This document shows, piece after piece, positions 26,631 through 40,366 of a stretch of DNA of 64,000 nucleotides. The DNA comes from Amphiscolops sp. MND2022 (Eukaryota): positions 34,596,001 to 34,660,000 of the forward strand of contig OZ076418.1 of assembly GCA_964187785.1 (NCBI GenBank), read 5' to 3'. Below the pieces are notes generated by a model. It saw only the letters and a program-made list of their open reading frames with translations, was not told the DNA's origin and ran no database searches. The first letter of the stretch is position 1. Every line of letters starts with the position of its first letter. The translations under genes and the position numbers were made by a program.

Positions 26631-26760
26631 TTTGGGGCACGAGCTTTGGGAGATGCCCATATGGTGACCTCTTTGGTGCACGAGCTTTGCGAGATGACCA
26701 TATGGTGACGTTTTTGGGGCACGAGCTTTGCTAGATGCCCATATGGTGACGTTTTTTTCG
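26631..26760. repeat. 41-bp tandem minisatellite x3 (x2 in the duplicate at ~30040-30120)
   Basis: GCACGAGCTTTG..AGATG.CCATATGGTGAC at 26637, 26678 and 26719. Confidence 0.9.
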
Positions 26761-27414
26761 CAGATTTCGTGACATGTGCCAATTTTTCAAATTTGTGAGG
26801 CAAATTTCTCAAAACCCAGAACAGATACGGAAACCATGTTTTCGGTAAAAACTGCGCAAGGTCCTAGGCTACATTTTCGCCGAAAAAAGTGTTCGAAAAA
26901 AATTCGGCTTCAGGGGTTTTTTCTAAAAGAATTTTTGAAAAAACGCTATTTTTGACTATTTTTCATATTTGATCCCCTATATCTCAGAACTGGGACCGAA
27001 TACAGGGTCCATGGTTTCGTAAAATGTACAACCGATACCTAGGCAACGTTTTGGCCTAAAAACGACGTCAAATTTTTTTTCAAACTTGATGTTTTTGGGC
27101 AAAAAAGAGGACCAAAAAAATTTCGAAAATTTTTTCTCATTCGTTGCTCATATTTCTCAAAACTGAAAGAAGATATAGAAACCGTTCTTTTTCGAGAAAA
27201 ACAGCATAGATATGGGCTACTTCTTGCACCAACAAAGTTACCGTCATCAACTATGACGCCTTCGTTTTTCTGCCGAAAAAACTTCATTTTTTTCAAATAA
27301 ATTTCTTGGTTCTTTTTTACTTGAGCTCGTATATCTCATGACCGAGACCAAATATGGGGTTCATGGTTTCGTTAATTTTATGATGATTATGTAGGCCACG
27401 GTTTAGGCTAAAAG

Positions 27415-29815
27415 TAATAGTAACGATAACAAAATTAAAGCAGAGGAATCATGGCACAACTGGTTTACAGTAAATGAAATAACAAAAGCTAATTTCGTTT
27501 CAGCAAATCAGCGGCAGCAGAACATTGCCAAAGAGCCAATCAGAGAACATGTGAAAGGCGTGCGCGAATTGGCAAAATGCAAGCGACGTGACAAGTGCGA
27601 GCAAACTGCATGAAAGTGCGAATGAGTCAAGTGGCTCGGAACAGCGTAAAACAAATAAACAGACTATCAAACAATTAGCGTCGATAGTTAAATCACCGTC
27701 CCAAACAAGTGAACACGCGCAAGAAGTTGACATTGCAATATACAACGAATTGATTGACGCGGCTAATCAGCCACCAATGAAAAACCTAATCTGTTACTCA
27801 GTAAACCAAATCGATGTTCTCCAACAATCGGGAAATCATACATTTGTGTCTCAATTTGAGTCAGACGAATTTATGCAAAAATTCATTGGGCTCCTAAAAA
27901 GCCAGAAACAACTAAAACCAGCTGCGTCCCTTCACCGTGGCGCAAAAAGTACAGATGCCCAGTTTAGACTCGAACGATTTTGTATATATGGATTGGTGAT
28001 CTCCAAGGCATTACAACCGATTTTTATAAATCGATTCACTACCGCCACAATGTTGGCCGCGGCTCCACAGGGAGGTGGTTACAATTGCCAGAGAATGCTC
28101 GCAATGCAAAGAGTCCGGTAAGATTGTAAAAACTTCACTTCGACAAAAATAAATAGATAAATTACCAGAAAGCAAACAGTGTAATCAAGAAACAGCAATA
28201 AATTTTGCGGGGCCGTTTCAGAATGCAATAAATACCAAAAAGTACATTTTAGTATCGGTGTATCATTTCTCGGGATAGCCGGAGGCAAAATTCTTACGAA
28301 AATCAACTACGGAAAACGTCATAGAATTTTTAAAAAACTGCATAGCTCGGAATGGAATCCCGCAAACTATAAGAACTGACCCAGCCACAATTTTTCACTG
28401 TAAATGGTTTGAAGAATTCTGCCAGAAACGCTCAATTCGCGACATCGAATGTCCTGTAGGCGATCACCGAGACAACAGGAAAATCGAACGCTTAATTCGA
28501 ACAGTGAACGAAACAAATAGCAAATAGTGGTAAGTAAGGTCAATTCAGGATTGTCTTAACTTCTTTTCGCACTGAGAATGTACCTGTCAGCAAAAGGGAA
28601 GTCAGCATACAAAAAATATACGAGTGAAGAACCAAACACAATAAAATAAAAAACTTGTAGGAAACTTCTTCAGGTCTATTTCAGATCCTCCTACAGTCCA
28701 CCTCAGCGATACAGATTTCGAGTCGTGCCAGGACTCAACCATCCTGGTACGCGAAAGGACACGAGGCACAAAACTGGAAGGGGCCTATAAGAAGCGCAAA
28801 GGCGTGCTACTCGAGCAATCAAATCACGTAATCACCATCCTTCCTGCCGGAAGAAACCAATCTACAGTACTGACAAAAAGAGACGTCGGTATCAGTACCA
28901 ATCAATCATGTTGCTCACGCGAGGCGGCCAAGCAGAAACTGCCACAATTAACAAATCTGGCAACACAGAGTGATTCGCCAACTACCAGCGAAACTGATGC
29001 AACACCAGATAGGCCAGAAATCTCAGCCAATCAACAAACAGAAAACCCGCCAAATTCGCACAGCGAGCCACAACGAAAGAAAATGCCGCCAATCAAACAA
29101 CTAAAACAACAAATCTCAAAAACAAAAGGGGGAAGAAGATGGCAAGGAAACAGCCACCAAGACCAATTGAAATTGCATCAGAATCAGAAGATGAGATGGA
29201 CGAAGAAAACACCACAAACAGCAATCCGCAAAACATAAAAGAAGAAATCACAAGCGACGAAGAAAAACATACATCAGCACCGCAAGAATCAACAATTTTG
29301 ATCGAGTCGACCGATCAAAGTGAAGTGCCAGAACCAGCAGAACGACCACGCCCAGGAAACCGAAACAGGCCCAAAATAGATTTCTTTCGACACAGCATAA
29401 ATGGGACCAAAGCCCAAAAGCCGAAGCAAGAAACAACAAACAAAGAGACTAAACGAACTTTAAACAAACTGCAGATCAGACCTCTGCTAACCAAATGTTA
29501 CGGTGCTAAAATCATTTTATGTTTTGAGAATACTAGCCTATAGTTACCATTGTACTTTTTATTACATTACTAATCGAGTGTACATTCAACTATAGCCTAG
29601 TATTAAAAGGGGGATGTGAGAGAGGCTAAGCTAGAATTGAGAAAACTGTTTGGTTGTTGACATATAGTATTGTATCACGCCATAAAACAGAACTGTTCAT
29701 TTACCATATTGTCTTGAATAGAATCAGTCAATTTACAAATGTCACAAAATTCTTCATTATTCTAACTTTAGCAGTTCAGAGGAATCTCTCGACTTACCGG
29801 AAGTCTTCGTGAATA
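27415..29815 (+). mobile_element. 3' half of a Gypsy element (C): integrase relic, 3' UTR, PPT and 3' LTR (29615-29815)
   Basis: KAEESWHNWFTVN, GIPQTIRTDPATIF and KLEGAYKKRKG match element A integrase. The LTR and downstream flank duplicate 26185-27413. Confidence 0.85.
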
Positions 29816-30029
29816 GTATGTATGAACCAGGTTAATTTTCGAAAATCAGATTCCTCTTCATCTTCGTCTTGTTTTCGTCTGGAAATCCGTGACATTAGTT
29901 CCTCATTATTCGGTTGTGTGCCTTTCTCGGTATGGTATTGTTGTTGCAGTTAGTGTCCGAGAATCAAAGTCAATTTTGAATGAATTGTCGTTCTTTACGG
30001 TAATCACTGCATGATTTACAAAACACAGT

Positions 30030-32870
30030 TGTCATTTTTTGGGGCACGAGGTTTGGAAGATGCCCATATGGTGACGTCTTTGGTGCACGAGTTTTGCGAG
30101 ATGACCATATGGTGACGTTTTTTTCGCAGATTTCGTGACATGTGCCAATATTTCAAACTTGTGAGGCAAATTTCTCAAAACCCAGAACAGATACGGACGC
30201 CATATTTTCGCTAAAAGTTGCGCAGGATCCTAGGGTACAATTTCGCCGGAAAAAATTTTCAAAAAAATTTCAGCTTCATGGGTTTTTTTGAAAAGAATTT
30301 TTGAAAAAACGCCTCTTTTGACTGTTTTTCATATTTGATCCCCTATATCTCAGAACTGAGACCGAATACACGGTCCATGGTTTCGTAAATTGTACAAGCG
30401 TTTTATAGGCTACGTGTTGGCCTAAAAGTGACGTCAAAATTTTTTTCAAACTTGGTGTTTTTGGGCAAAAAAGCAGACCAAAAAAAAATTCGAAAAATTT
30501 TTTCTCATTCGTAGCTCATATTTCTTAAAACTGATAAAAGATACAGAAACCGTTCTCTTTCGAGAAAAACAGCATAGATATAGGCTACTTTTTGGACCAA
30601 CAAAGTTACCATCATCAAGTATGACGCCTTCGTTTTTCTGCCAAAGACTTCAATTTTTTTCAAAAAAATTTCTTGGTTCTTTTTTACTTTAGCTCGTATA
30701 TCTCATGACCGAGACCAAATATGGGGTTCATGGTTTCGTTAATTTTTACGAGGCTTGTGTAGGCTACGTTTTAGGCTAAACTTGATGTCAATTTTTTTTC
30801 GCTCTGGATTTTTTAAGCAAATAGGGTAATGAAAAAATTTTTCTGAATTTTTTCCATTTTTTTTCCAATTTGTAGCTGATATTTCTCAGAACTGAAATTA
30901 GATACGAAAACCATTCTCCCTCACAAAGTGAGGCAAGTATGTTGGTTTTTTATTGTACTGTCAAAGTTTCCGTCATGAAGTATGACGCCTTCGGGTTTCT
31001 GCCAAAAATTTATTTTTTCATTTTTATCAAAAAAGTTTTCCTTCATCTTTTCAGCTCTTTCTTCAAAATATCCTCATCTGAGACTGGATAAGTTCACAAG
31101 GTTGTGGGCCCTGGAACACGAAGGACTTGTAACACCTTCTGCAGACCATTGAACGTTTCTGCTCGTGCCCAAGCGCGACATGCGGTCGCGCCTATGTTTT
31201 TTTTCGCAGATTTCGTGACATGTGCAAATTTTTCAAACTTGTGAGGCAAATTTCTCAAAACCCAAAACAGATACGGAAACCATGTTTTCGGCAAAAACTG
31301 CGCAAGGTCCTAGGCTACATTTTCGCCGAAAAAAGTGTTCGAAAAAAAATCGGCTTCAGGTGTTTTTTCTAAAAGAATTTTTGAAAAAACGCTATTTTTG
31401 ACTATTTTTCATATTTGATCCCCTATATCTCAGAACTGGGACCAATAACAGGGTCCATGGTTTCGTAAAATGTACAACCGATTTATAGGCAACGTTTTGG
31501 CCTAAAAGTGACGTCAAAATTTTTTTTCAAACTTGGTGTTTTTGGGCAAAAAAGAGGACCAAAAAAATTTCGAAAATTTTTTTTCATTCGTAGCTCATTT
31601 TACATTTTTTCATTTTTCTCAAAAAAAATTTTCTTCAACTTTTTAGTTTTTTCATCAAAATATCCTCATCTGAGATTGGATAAGTTCACAAGGTTGTAGG
31701 CCCTGGAACACAAAGAATTTGTAACACCTTCTGCAGACCATTGAACGTTCCTGCTCGTGCCCAAGCGCGACATGCGGTCGCGTTTATGTTTTTTTTTCGC
31801 AGATTCCTTGATATGTGCCAATTTTTCAAACTTGTGAGGCAAATTTCTCAAAACCCAGAACAGATACAGACACCATGTTTTCGCTGAAAGTTGCACAGGA
31901 TCCTAGGCTACATTTTCGCTGAAAAAAAATTTCGAAAAAAATTCGGCTTCATGGTTTTTTTTCAAAAGAATATTGAAAAAACGCCATTTTTGACTATTTT
32001 TCATTTTGATCCCCTATATCTCAGAACTGAGACCGAATACACAGTCCATGATTTCGTAAATTGTACAAGCGTTTTATAGGCTGCGTGTTGGCCTAAAAAT
32101 GACGTCAAAATTTTTTCAAACTTGGTGTTTTTGGGCAAAAAAGAGGACCAAAAATTTTTCGAAAAATTTTTTCTCATTCGTAGCTCATAATTCTCAAAAC
32201 TGATAAAAGATACAGAAACCGTTCGAGAAAAACAGCATAGATATAGGCTACTTTTTGGACCAACAAAGTTACCGTCAACAAGTATGACGCCTTCGTTTTT
32301 CTGCCAAAGACTTCAATTTTTTTCAAAAAAAATTCTTGGTTCTTTTTTACTTTAGCTCGTATATCTCATGACCGAGACCAAATATGGGGTTCATGGTTTC
32401 GTTATTTAATGAGGCTTATGTAGGCTACGTTTTAGGCTAAAAGTATGTCGAAGTTTTTTCGCTCTGGATTTTTAGCAAATAAAGTAATGAAAAAATTTTT
32501 TCTGTAATTTTTCCAATTTTTTTCCGATTTGCAGCTGACTTTTCTCAGAACTGAAAATAGATACGAAAACCATTCTCCCTCACAAAGTGAGGCAAGTATG
32601 TAGGCTACTTTTTGTACTATCAAAGTTTCCGTCATGAAATATGACGCTGTCAGGTTTCTGCCAAAAATACATTTTTTCATTTTTCTCAAAAACAATTTTC
32701 CTTCATCTTTTTAGATCTTTCATCAAAATATCCTCATCTGAGACTGGATAAGTTCACAAGGTTGTGTGACCTGGAACACAAAGAATTTGTAACACCTTCT
32801 GCAGACCATTGAACGTTTCTGCTCGTGCCCAAGCGCGACATGCCGTCGTGCCTATGTTTTTGCTTTTTGA
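30030..32870. repeat. Compound tandem (satellite-like) array; a partial unit also lies at 26759-27413
   Basis: Unit start CGCAGATTTC..GACATGTGC at ~30126, 31206 and 31798 (spacings ~1080 and ~590). GTTCACAAGGTTGT...GCCCAAGCGCGACATG module at ~31093, 31684 and 32755. Confidence 0.9.
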
Positions 32871-33654
32871 TCGTGCTGGACTAAATGACTTAGTTTAGCT
32901 CATTTGTGAATCCTGGCTTCGTGTGGATTGGTGCCAGTCTGCTTTTTGTTTTAATTATTTCACCCCTTTTTTCACAGTTAAAGATCCGTCAATGTCAATG
33001 ACGGTTGTGTTGAATTTCAATGATTTCTTTTTCACACCGAGTTTTTTTTTATTCTGTCTAACCCTAACGCAGGGTTCGGTGTTTTCGATGGTATGAGAAG
33101 TTCGCGGTGATGAATAATAAAATTCTACGTCTTTGGCTGGTTTAATTGTAAATTCGTGAATGTTACTACTGTTCATGCATTTGTGTTTGATTATAATAAA
33201 CTAGCTTGATTGTTGTTGTGTTGTTGAATTTGCACGTTGCGATTAGTGTTACCCGACTAGAGCTGTCAACAATAAAATCTTCATTTGAACTGGATGCTTG
33301 TTTCTCCTTGATTTGGTTTATGAAATATTTGATATTTGATATCTTCTTTGGCGTTTTTGAACGTTTTTCAGCTTTTTCATAAATATACTCATGGAAAGTT
33401 TCTGTAATTGTTACAACGGAAAGTCGCTTCGTTTCATTTTCCGTTGAATTCATAATCGGCGGTGGTGTTGCCAATCTGCGATCTGAAATTCAGCGCTAGC
33501 ACTTCCACTGGTATTATTCCTTCAGATTCACAGCGTTCTCTCACACACAAAGATATTTCCATACATCCGCTGACGTGGTTTCGGCTCCTTTTGGGTCCCA
33601 ATAAAATTGGTCCGGCTGTCTTTGGTCCGGAATTTGTTTTTTTACGGTGTGGAG

Positions 33655-34440
33655 CAGGGGCGGTCAAAAATTGATTGCGCATCCAAAAATTAAATTGCAA
33701 TTAATTGCAAAGGGAAAACATCAGTTTTCAGCGACAACTTTGGACACGAGTTCATTATCCCAGTACTTTATGTTGATTTTCAGAAATAGCTGCATTTCCA
33801 GATTTTGCGGCAAAAAATTCTGCCGCAGCTCAGAATAGGCATATTCCGGAGTACTAAAAAATCTCTCAAGCAAATTCGAAGTGGGAAGTAGAAAATGCGA
33901 GTCCATATATCGGGGTTGGGACCGCGAAACCCCTGTGGCGATTTTTATATTCTTTATAATACTTGCTGCAAAGTCGCTCTCATTTTCAGGATTCTGTGTT
34001 TCTTCTCGGTCGGATGTCTCTCGTTACTTTAAATTTGAAAGTTGTTCTTTTTCTTCCTCTGAGAGGGTGTCAGTTGTACAGTTCTGAATTTTGGTTATGG
34101 CATTCTCAAAATCTTGTGAGTGAATGATTTTGCCATCAGGTTTCAGATACTTTGACATAATTGGATAGTCAATGCACATCGCTTGACTATAGCCTTAACG
34201 TCTTGCTGCGGCATTTTCAAAAATCTGAAGTGCAAAAGTCAACATGGCCTTTTCTAAGAAATATGGACTTGATTTCTAAGAAATGCACTTGATAATTGTA
34301 AGAACTAAGATATCCAAATAATTGCAATTAATTGGTAAGAGCGCAATCAATTAATTGTAATTCCACAAGTGAAGCAATCAATTAATTGCAATGAAAAATT
34401 GCAATTAATTGCAATGTCAATTAATTTTTGACCGCCCCTG
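33655..34440 (-). mobile_element. Non-autonomous hAT element (786 bp)
   Basis: 18-bp TIR CAGGGGCGGTCAAAAATT. 8-bp TSD GTGTGGAG. AATTGCAATTAATTG subterminal repeats. Minus-strand remnant PTSNLLERFFS...NLEMQLFLKIN (33721-33906) matches the hAT dimerisation domain. Confidence 0.93.
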
Positions 34441-36030
34441 GTGTGGAGTTTAGCCTAAAAACTATATAACTTGTATAATGGTGGATTGGTCCTTTTTTGA
34501 CCAATTTTGTCAAGTTTTGTCGAGTGCGGAACTGTTCTCAAATAAAAGTGTCTATTCTTTCCATCTCCAAGCTGTTTCGGTATTCCAGCAGTATGTCTCT
34601 GATATTGTATCTTTCGAAAATCGATGTCTTTTGTCGTGTTGGTGTTTTGGCTGAATCTATGCCACCATAGTTTCTTACTGGGGATATCAGTCTTGTCTAA
34701 GATTGTGATACCTGTTTACCGGTAATTTCTGTTTACCGGTCAGTTCTACCGTTCGTGTTAAATCACCCACCGTATTGCCTAAGTATAAGCCCGATTGCGC
34801 TTTCCTCATTCTCATCAGCCATTCTTATCAGCCATGTTTTTGCTTCACTGTGCCATGTTTATCAAAAGAGAACGTAATGAAGACAGCATTCAAAATTTTC
34901 TAACTGGCTCGACTAGAATCCACCATTCAGACAATGAATCGTTAATGTCCCCGTATAGATTTCGTCAACTTGACTTAAACCATTTTCATAGGTTTTATGA
35001 GAAAAGCCATAATTTCTGCCAGCATCTTCTTATAGTAACTTAACAATTCGTAGCTCTGGTAACTAATAATAGTCATCATCTTTTCTATTGTTTTTCACAT
35101 TAGTGAGTTTTTTTAAATACTTGAGTAGTACTTTTTTTGAACATCAAGTGGACAAACTCTAAGTCTTGATAAAAAGGCGGTCTGGTGTGCCTATTGAAAC
35201 GCAAAGGAGAGTACGAGCCCAAAAATGACGTCGGAAAATTACTTTTACTCAATTTTTACTTCAAAGACATTTTATGTTTGAATTAAATGTTAGGGGGGAA
35301 ACTTTTGCATTGTTTCAAACTTTCATAAATCCGATTCCAAGTTCTTTCTCCTCTGAATGATAAATCAATTTTGGTTATAATAAATGCCATTTAATCTCTC
35401 GGAAATATATAATTTTCTTGTAATATTATAGGGATATGTTTTTTTCAATTTTCTACCGACATAATTTTCAATTTTTAGTAATCGTATTTCTTTCAATTTC
35501 ACTTGAGTTTTCGCATGATTGGAGTTGTCAGCCTAGTGTTGTGTGTTTCGTTCATATCCCATATTTTATTTTAATAAACAGGTTCATCGGATGAACCGAG
35601 CGCCCTCTTCTAACTTTGAGACCCCCTGTAGCATGGTGTGTGCCTCTGTGCACCAAAGCGAGACACACCTGAACGAAGTCGGAGCTCGGAGAGGGGATGG
35701 CACTGGCGAATGGGGTCCAAAGCCTCTCAGCTACCACGAATCTCTCACAGGCATGACCAACAAAGCATGTGTTTCATTAACATTTTCCTGCAATTCGAAT
35801 TTTTCAAAGTTATGCACAACCTTTAAAATCCGAGAAATGCGATTTAAGAAAAAATTTAGAAGTGGAGAAAATTGGCCAAGCTGTGCTGTTCAATTCAGAT
35901 TCAAGGCCGAGATTACGAGCTATGGAAACTACAAATAGTTCTATATCTCAGTGTTAATATTCGATTGAAAATATTTGCTCGTACAATGGTCGCGTTTTGC
36001 TTAGGATAGGTTTTGTGGGAGATCTTGCGA

Positions 36031-36926
36031 GGGGAAACGGAAATCGGACTTAAAAATAGACCTAATGGAATTAGGACTAACATGCTCAAAATTTCTGAAA
36101 CGTTCATGTGAAATAGAACTAATTTCGTATTTTCTCAAACATGAATTAGAACTAATTTGTTACGGGAATTGGAAGTAAAAAAGAATTGGAACTAATAACG
36201 TGGGAATAAGACATGAAATGCGGAATGAGACCCAAGGGGAGAACGGAATAGTATCTAAAGGAATAATATCTAAAGTTTTTGAAAGTATAAAACGTGCCTC
36301 TGACATTTCCCCATTTCCTCTAGTGCCCCGCGGCCCCATGGGGCCGCTAATGTTCTCATTTTGCTAAGCGAGGTCGAACAGGAGCAAAGACCTAGCGGGA
36401 ACGCGAAGCGATCGTAATGGGAGCTGGTCTGTGCGACGGTGAGGGCATACACCGAATATGCCCACATTAGAAGGGGAGAGTACTGGAAATTTTGTGAGAC
36501 AGTTACGAAAAGTAAAATTTTATTCTTGAATGAAATGATTTGAAATCTGGCTATTTTATAAAATCAAGGGGAGGAACAAATGATTGTATCAATTTTGTGT
36601 TGATCAATTGTATTATGTTACTTATGTACTACTTTCATGTTCCACGTTTCTAATTTGCATTTTGTACCATGTTTTTATCGGCTTCTGCGTTTTTTTGTTG
36701 TTCTACTTTTATGTTCGATGTTTACCATTGAACTTGTCGTGATATTGTCAATTTGATCTACGTAATTGCAAATTTTGCGTGCCAAAAGTTGTTTTTAGTC
36801 CTATTTCAATTAGTCCTGTTTCCATTAGTTCTGAGGCGGCACTAAAAAGAATTAGTCCTATTTCCATTAGTCCTATTTCAGTTTTGATCATTAGTCCTAT
36901 TTCATTAGTCCGAATTCCTGTCTCTC
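36031..36926. mobile_element. Non-autonomous Mutator-like element (896 bp)
   Basis: 9-bp TSD ATCTTGCGA (36022-30, 36927-35). G-starting imperfect TIRs ending in TCGGACT. Inverted arrays of TTAGTCCTATTTC-like subterminal repeats. Confidence 0.8.
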
Positions 36927-39900
36927 ATCTTGCGAAGACGAGGGAGGGTCTGTGTCGTTCATAACATCCGTATTTCTTTCTCTGCTATTGTTCTTGATAT
37001 TAGACACAAGAATTGTATAGAAATTCAAGGACTCGAGACAGTTTGAACAACATCTTTAAACTGCAGAAAACACCGTCCCAGGTTTTTCTGGTTCATTTGG
37101 GTAACGCTGAAAATGGTACGGTCGAATTATTGAATTATTGGAGTACAAGAAATTATTGGAGCAAATGAATATATAAAGAGTCAAGAAATTGGTTACCAGG
37201 GAGCGCTAAGACATAATGCCACCCCAAACTACCACAGCGCAAAATGCTCAGTCACAAAGCTGGCAGGGAAATGTACCTTAGGAGTCTTGCCATTCGCAAA
37301 ACATGAGGTGCATTCTGGGTTGATTTTTTCGTCCCAAATCCATATTGTTCACGCTTTGCTCACATCGTGGATGTGGCCTGGTGTATACATTCTGACCGAT
37401 GGATCATTATGCTCGGATTGGACCACCGAGGGGCATCTGCAGCCTTTGTGGTGATAGTGTTGCACCAGAGGCCACCGATGATTCGAATGGTACCTCAGAC
37501 CTCGGTACCAGATACTTTTAAAAACTGGTCCTCCCCGGAATTGTGGGAAGTCGGAAATCGGGAAAATCGGATAAGTTAGCTGCTGATTTGGAAGTTTTGG
37601 ACACTGAAATTGCAGGAACGGTTTGCCGTCCGGGAGTGCAATACGGGTGGTGTCATTTCTGAATCCCCTTTTTAAACGCACATTTGCAAATTTATGTGAG
37701 ACCCCGAATTTTAGCAAAATTTCCGTCGGAATCTACCGACGCGTGTTACATTACTTTCAAAGTTGTACTTTTGTAGAAAATTTCATAATTTCTACTTTTG
37801 GACACAAGACTCCAATTTGTGACTCATTGCAGAAATCTAGACTTTCGGATCGAATTTTGCAGGAATCGGAGCCTAAGTCGTACAGTTTCTAGTGCTTCTA
37901 CGTCAAAATCAATGCGTCCAACTTGTCACAAGTGGAACTATCCAACTTACGTCACAAGCTTACAGTTGAAACCTCTTTGAGCAAACTTTGGATTGTAAAA
38001 CTTTGGTTTAGAAATATTCGGCGGCTAACGTATTAACCCTAATTAGCATCGCGGTACGTATTTGCACCACTTAAGATCTGCAAACTTCTGAAGGCACCAG
38101 CCCACCGTATGGTAAAGAAAACTCTTGAATAAGATTTTCAGACAAAAATACATAGCATTGCACGCATTTTCACGGGTTGTTGACTTGATGTCTCCAAAAT
38201 AAAAAAAACGGGATCAAAAAATGAATTAAAAAATGCGCCAAATGTCAGTTTTTCCTGTTTCCTTGTGTGGCCACTTTATAATACTGGGGTCAAGAGTAGG
38301 TCAAAGGGGCGATAGCATGTTTTCGAACAAGCTGAACTGTAGCCAGAGACACCACGCGTGCAAAGTTTTGGCGCAAAGTCCGGAGCCAGTGCGGGCCCCC
38401 AGCCCAGCAGTTTAAATATTGATTTGAAAGCTGTGATGCTCTTCTTTCGAACGCTGTATAAATTGTTTGTCGGACTTGAATAGTTTAAGAGATATTGCGG
38501 TTTAAAGTTTGAGCACCAGAATTTTGGATGCATCCAGAAATTTCAACCTCCATTCCTGGTTAAAAAGCTGATTAAAATAAACTAAATTTTGTCATTTCCA
38601 TGTTTGGAAACTATTAATTGGTCATGACTGGTTTCAATCAGTACTGTCAAACATCGCTCTCACCCAACAAGAGAGGCTCAACTCCTGCTCAGATATGCAA
38701 GCCCGTTTTTCGACTCCTCAAAACTCAAACTTCAGAAGATCTCACACCGAAAGACCCCATTACGAAAGCAATGACCAATCAAGCCAATTTTGTATAACTT
38801 CAGTTTAATGAACCTTCTTTTTGATTTTTTTTTGTGAAACTTTTGATGCTTTTGTATCTTCTGAAAATTCTATGTTGACCTTCATAGTTTCATATTTGTG
38901 CTGTTAAGAAACAAATATGAAGGAAAATAGAAGCTCAATCCTTGAAGGAATGATTTTGATCTTCTTATAGAGCTATTGGGTAATTAATTTTTGTAACTTT
39001 TTAAGACAATCCAGCTTTGTATTTTGCATGATAGAATCGTTTTTGGTCAAATCGAGTATCTTCTTCTGCTCGCATTGATTTTCTTCGGTTTTTTTCATTT
39101 AATCATCTATCTAAAGGTTTTTATTTGGAATTTTGTACATTTTTTCAAGTAGCAACTGCTGCCATTATTGCTAACAATGTTCATTTAGTTTATCAACTGA
39201 TAATTCAATTCATGATCACACTCGTTTTTTTCTCCTAAATTTCCACTTCGATTTGATGACCTTACTAAGCGAAAAAGTGTCAAAATTCTTGTTATTTTCA
39301 TCTTCTCCAGGGATGCTGGGAGCCGTTTTTACTGATGAATGTTGTAATCTCAATAAGGGTGTAATGACTGCACTTTCGCAACCATTGAAGTTTTTCGGAA
39401 AATGGCCAAGGATTATTTCTCGTTACATTTCATTTTTGAAGAACTCACAATTTTTGCAGGAGTTCTTTGTTTTGAAGAACTTTAATTTTTTCAAAAATCC
39501 CAGTCGGTTAGTAACATACACTAGGGTACCAAAAAGCTAGAAGCTCTCCATTTCGCTGATGAAAAACATCAAATCGCAATATTCAATTCACACAAAAGTT
39601 TCAAGAGCAAAATTTTCACAAATTTCAATGAAATTTACAAGTTTTTTTGTTTTGGCGTTTTCCGAAATTCATCATGCAGTATCTCGAGAACCGCTGATCG
39701 TAACAAAAATGCCAGATATAAGCTTTACATCTTCGTGTTTCTTTGCACCCTCAGGAAAAATCACAAAAACCGAATTCTTCAATTTTTACCGCGTAAAATA
39801 TCGCTTTAATGAAAATACAACTGTTTTTGGCTGTTCATTTTTCAAGAAAGCATTTTCAGAAATTGTTGAGTATGAAAATTGAAGAATTCAAAAGCGATAC

Positions 39901-40054
39901 GAGAACTTCTTTCTCTTCTGACCCGTAGTTTTTGAGATGCTGACTTGGATATAAAACATTTCGAAAAATTCCTTTTTATCTAAAAAAAAACAAGTGAAAG
40001 ACCATTGCGAAAAGCATTTGTTAAAAATGCCAGTTCAAAAAACTTTGGCCAGTG

Positions 40055-40366
40055 AACGGTGTGGTAAATTCTTTAAACAACTCCTCGTTTCGTTAGCTTT
40101 TTCAATGGGAGCATGTTGGAAAGCCTCTGATGTCCCCTTTGGTGATGAATGCTTGTCGAAGAAGTTTCGGCCACTTAGCCTTTCGGTCAAAACAAACACT
40201 CTGAAAAAAGTGTATACACTTTGTTTGTTTTGATCGAAAGGCTAAGTGGTCGAAACTTCTTCGACAAGCATTCATCACCAAAGGGGACATCAGAGGCTTT
40301 CCAACATGCTCCAAATGAAAAAGCTTACGAAACGAGGAGTTGTTTAAAGAATTTTACCACACCGTT
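40055..40366. mobile_element. Foldback MITE / near-perfect 312-bp palindrome
   Basis: Arms of ~145 bp (AACGGTGTGGTAAA...CAAAACAAACA vs TGTTTGTTTTG...TACCACACCGTT) around a ~22-nt centre. Confidence 0.9.

Noticed and set aside
26631-26760. CRISPR-like regularly spaced repeats
   Set aside because: Contiguous 41-bp tandem units with no unique spacers, no cas genes and a eukaryotic context.
37349-37717. Zinc-finger exon or host gene
   Set aside because: Cys/His spacing is non-canonical, contains a stop, and has no convincing splice sites.
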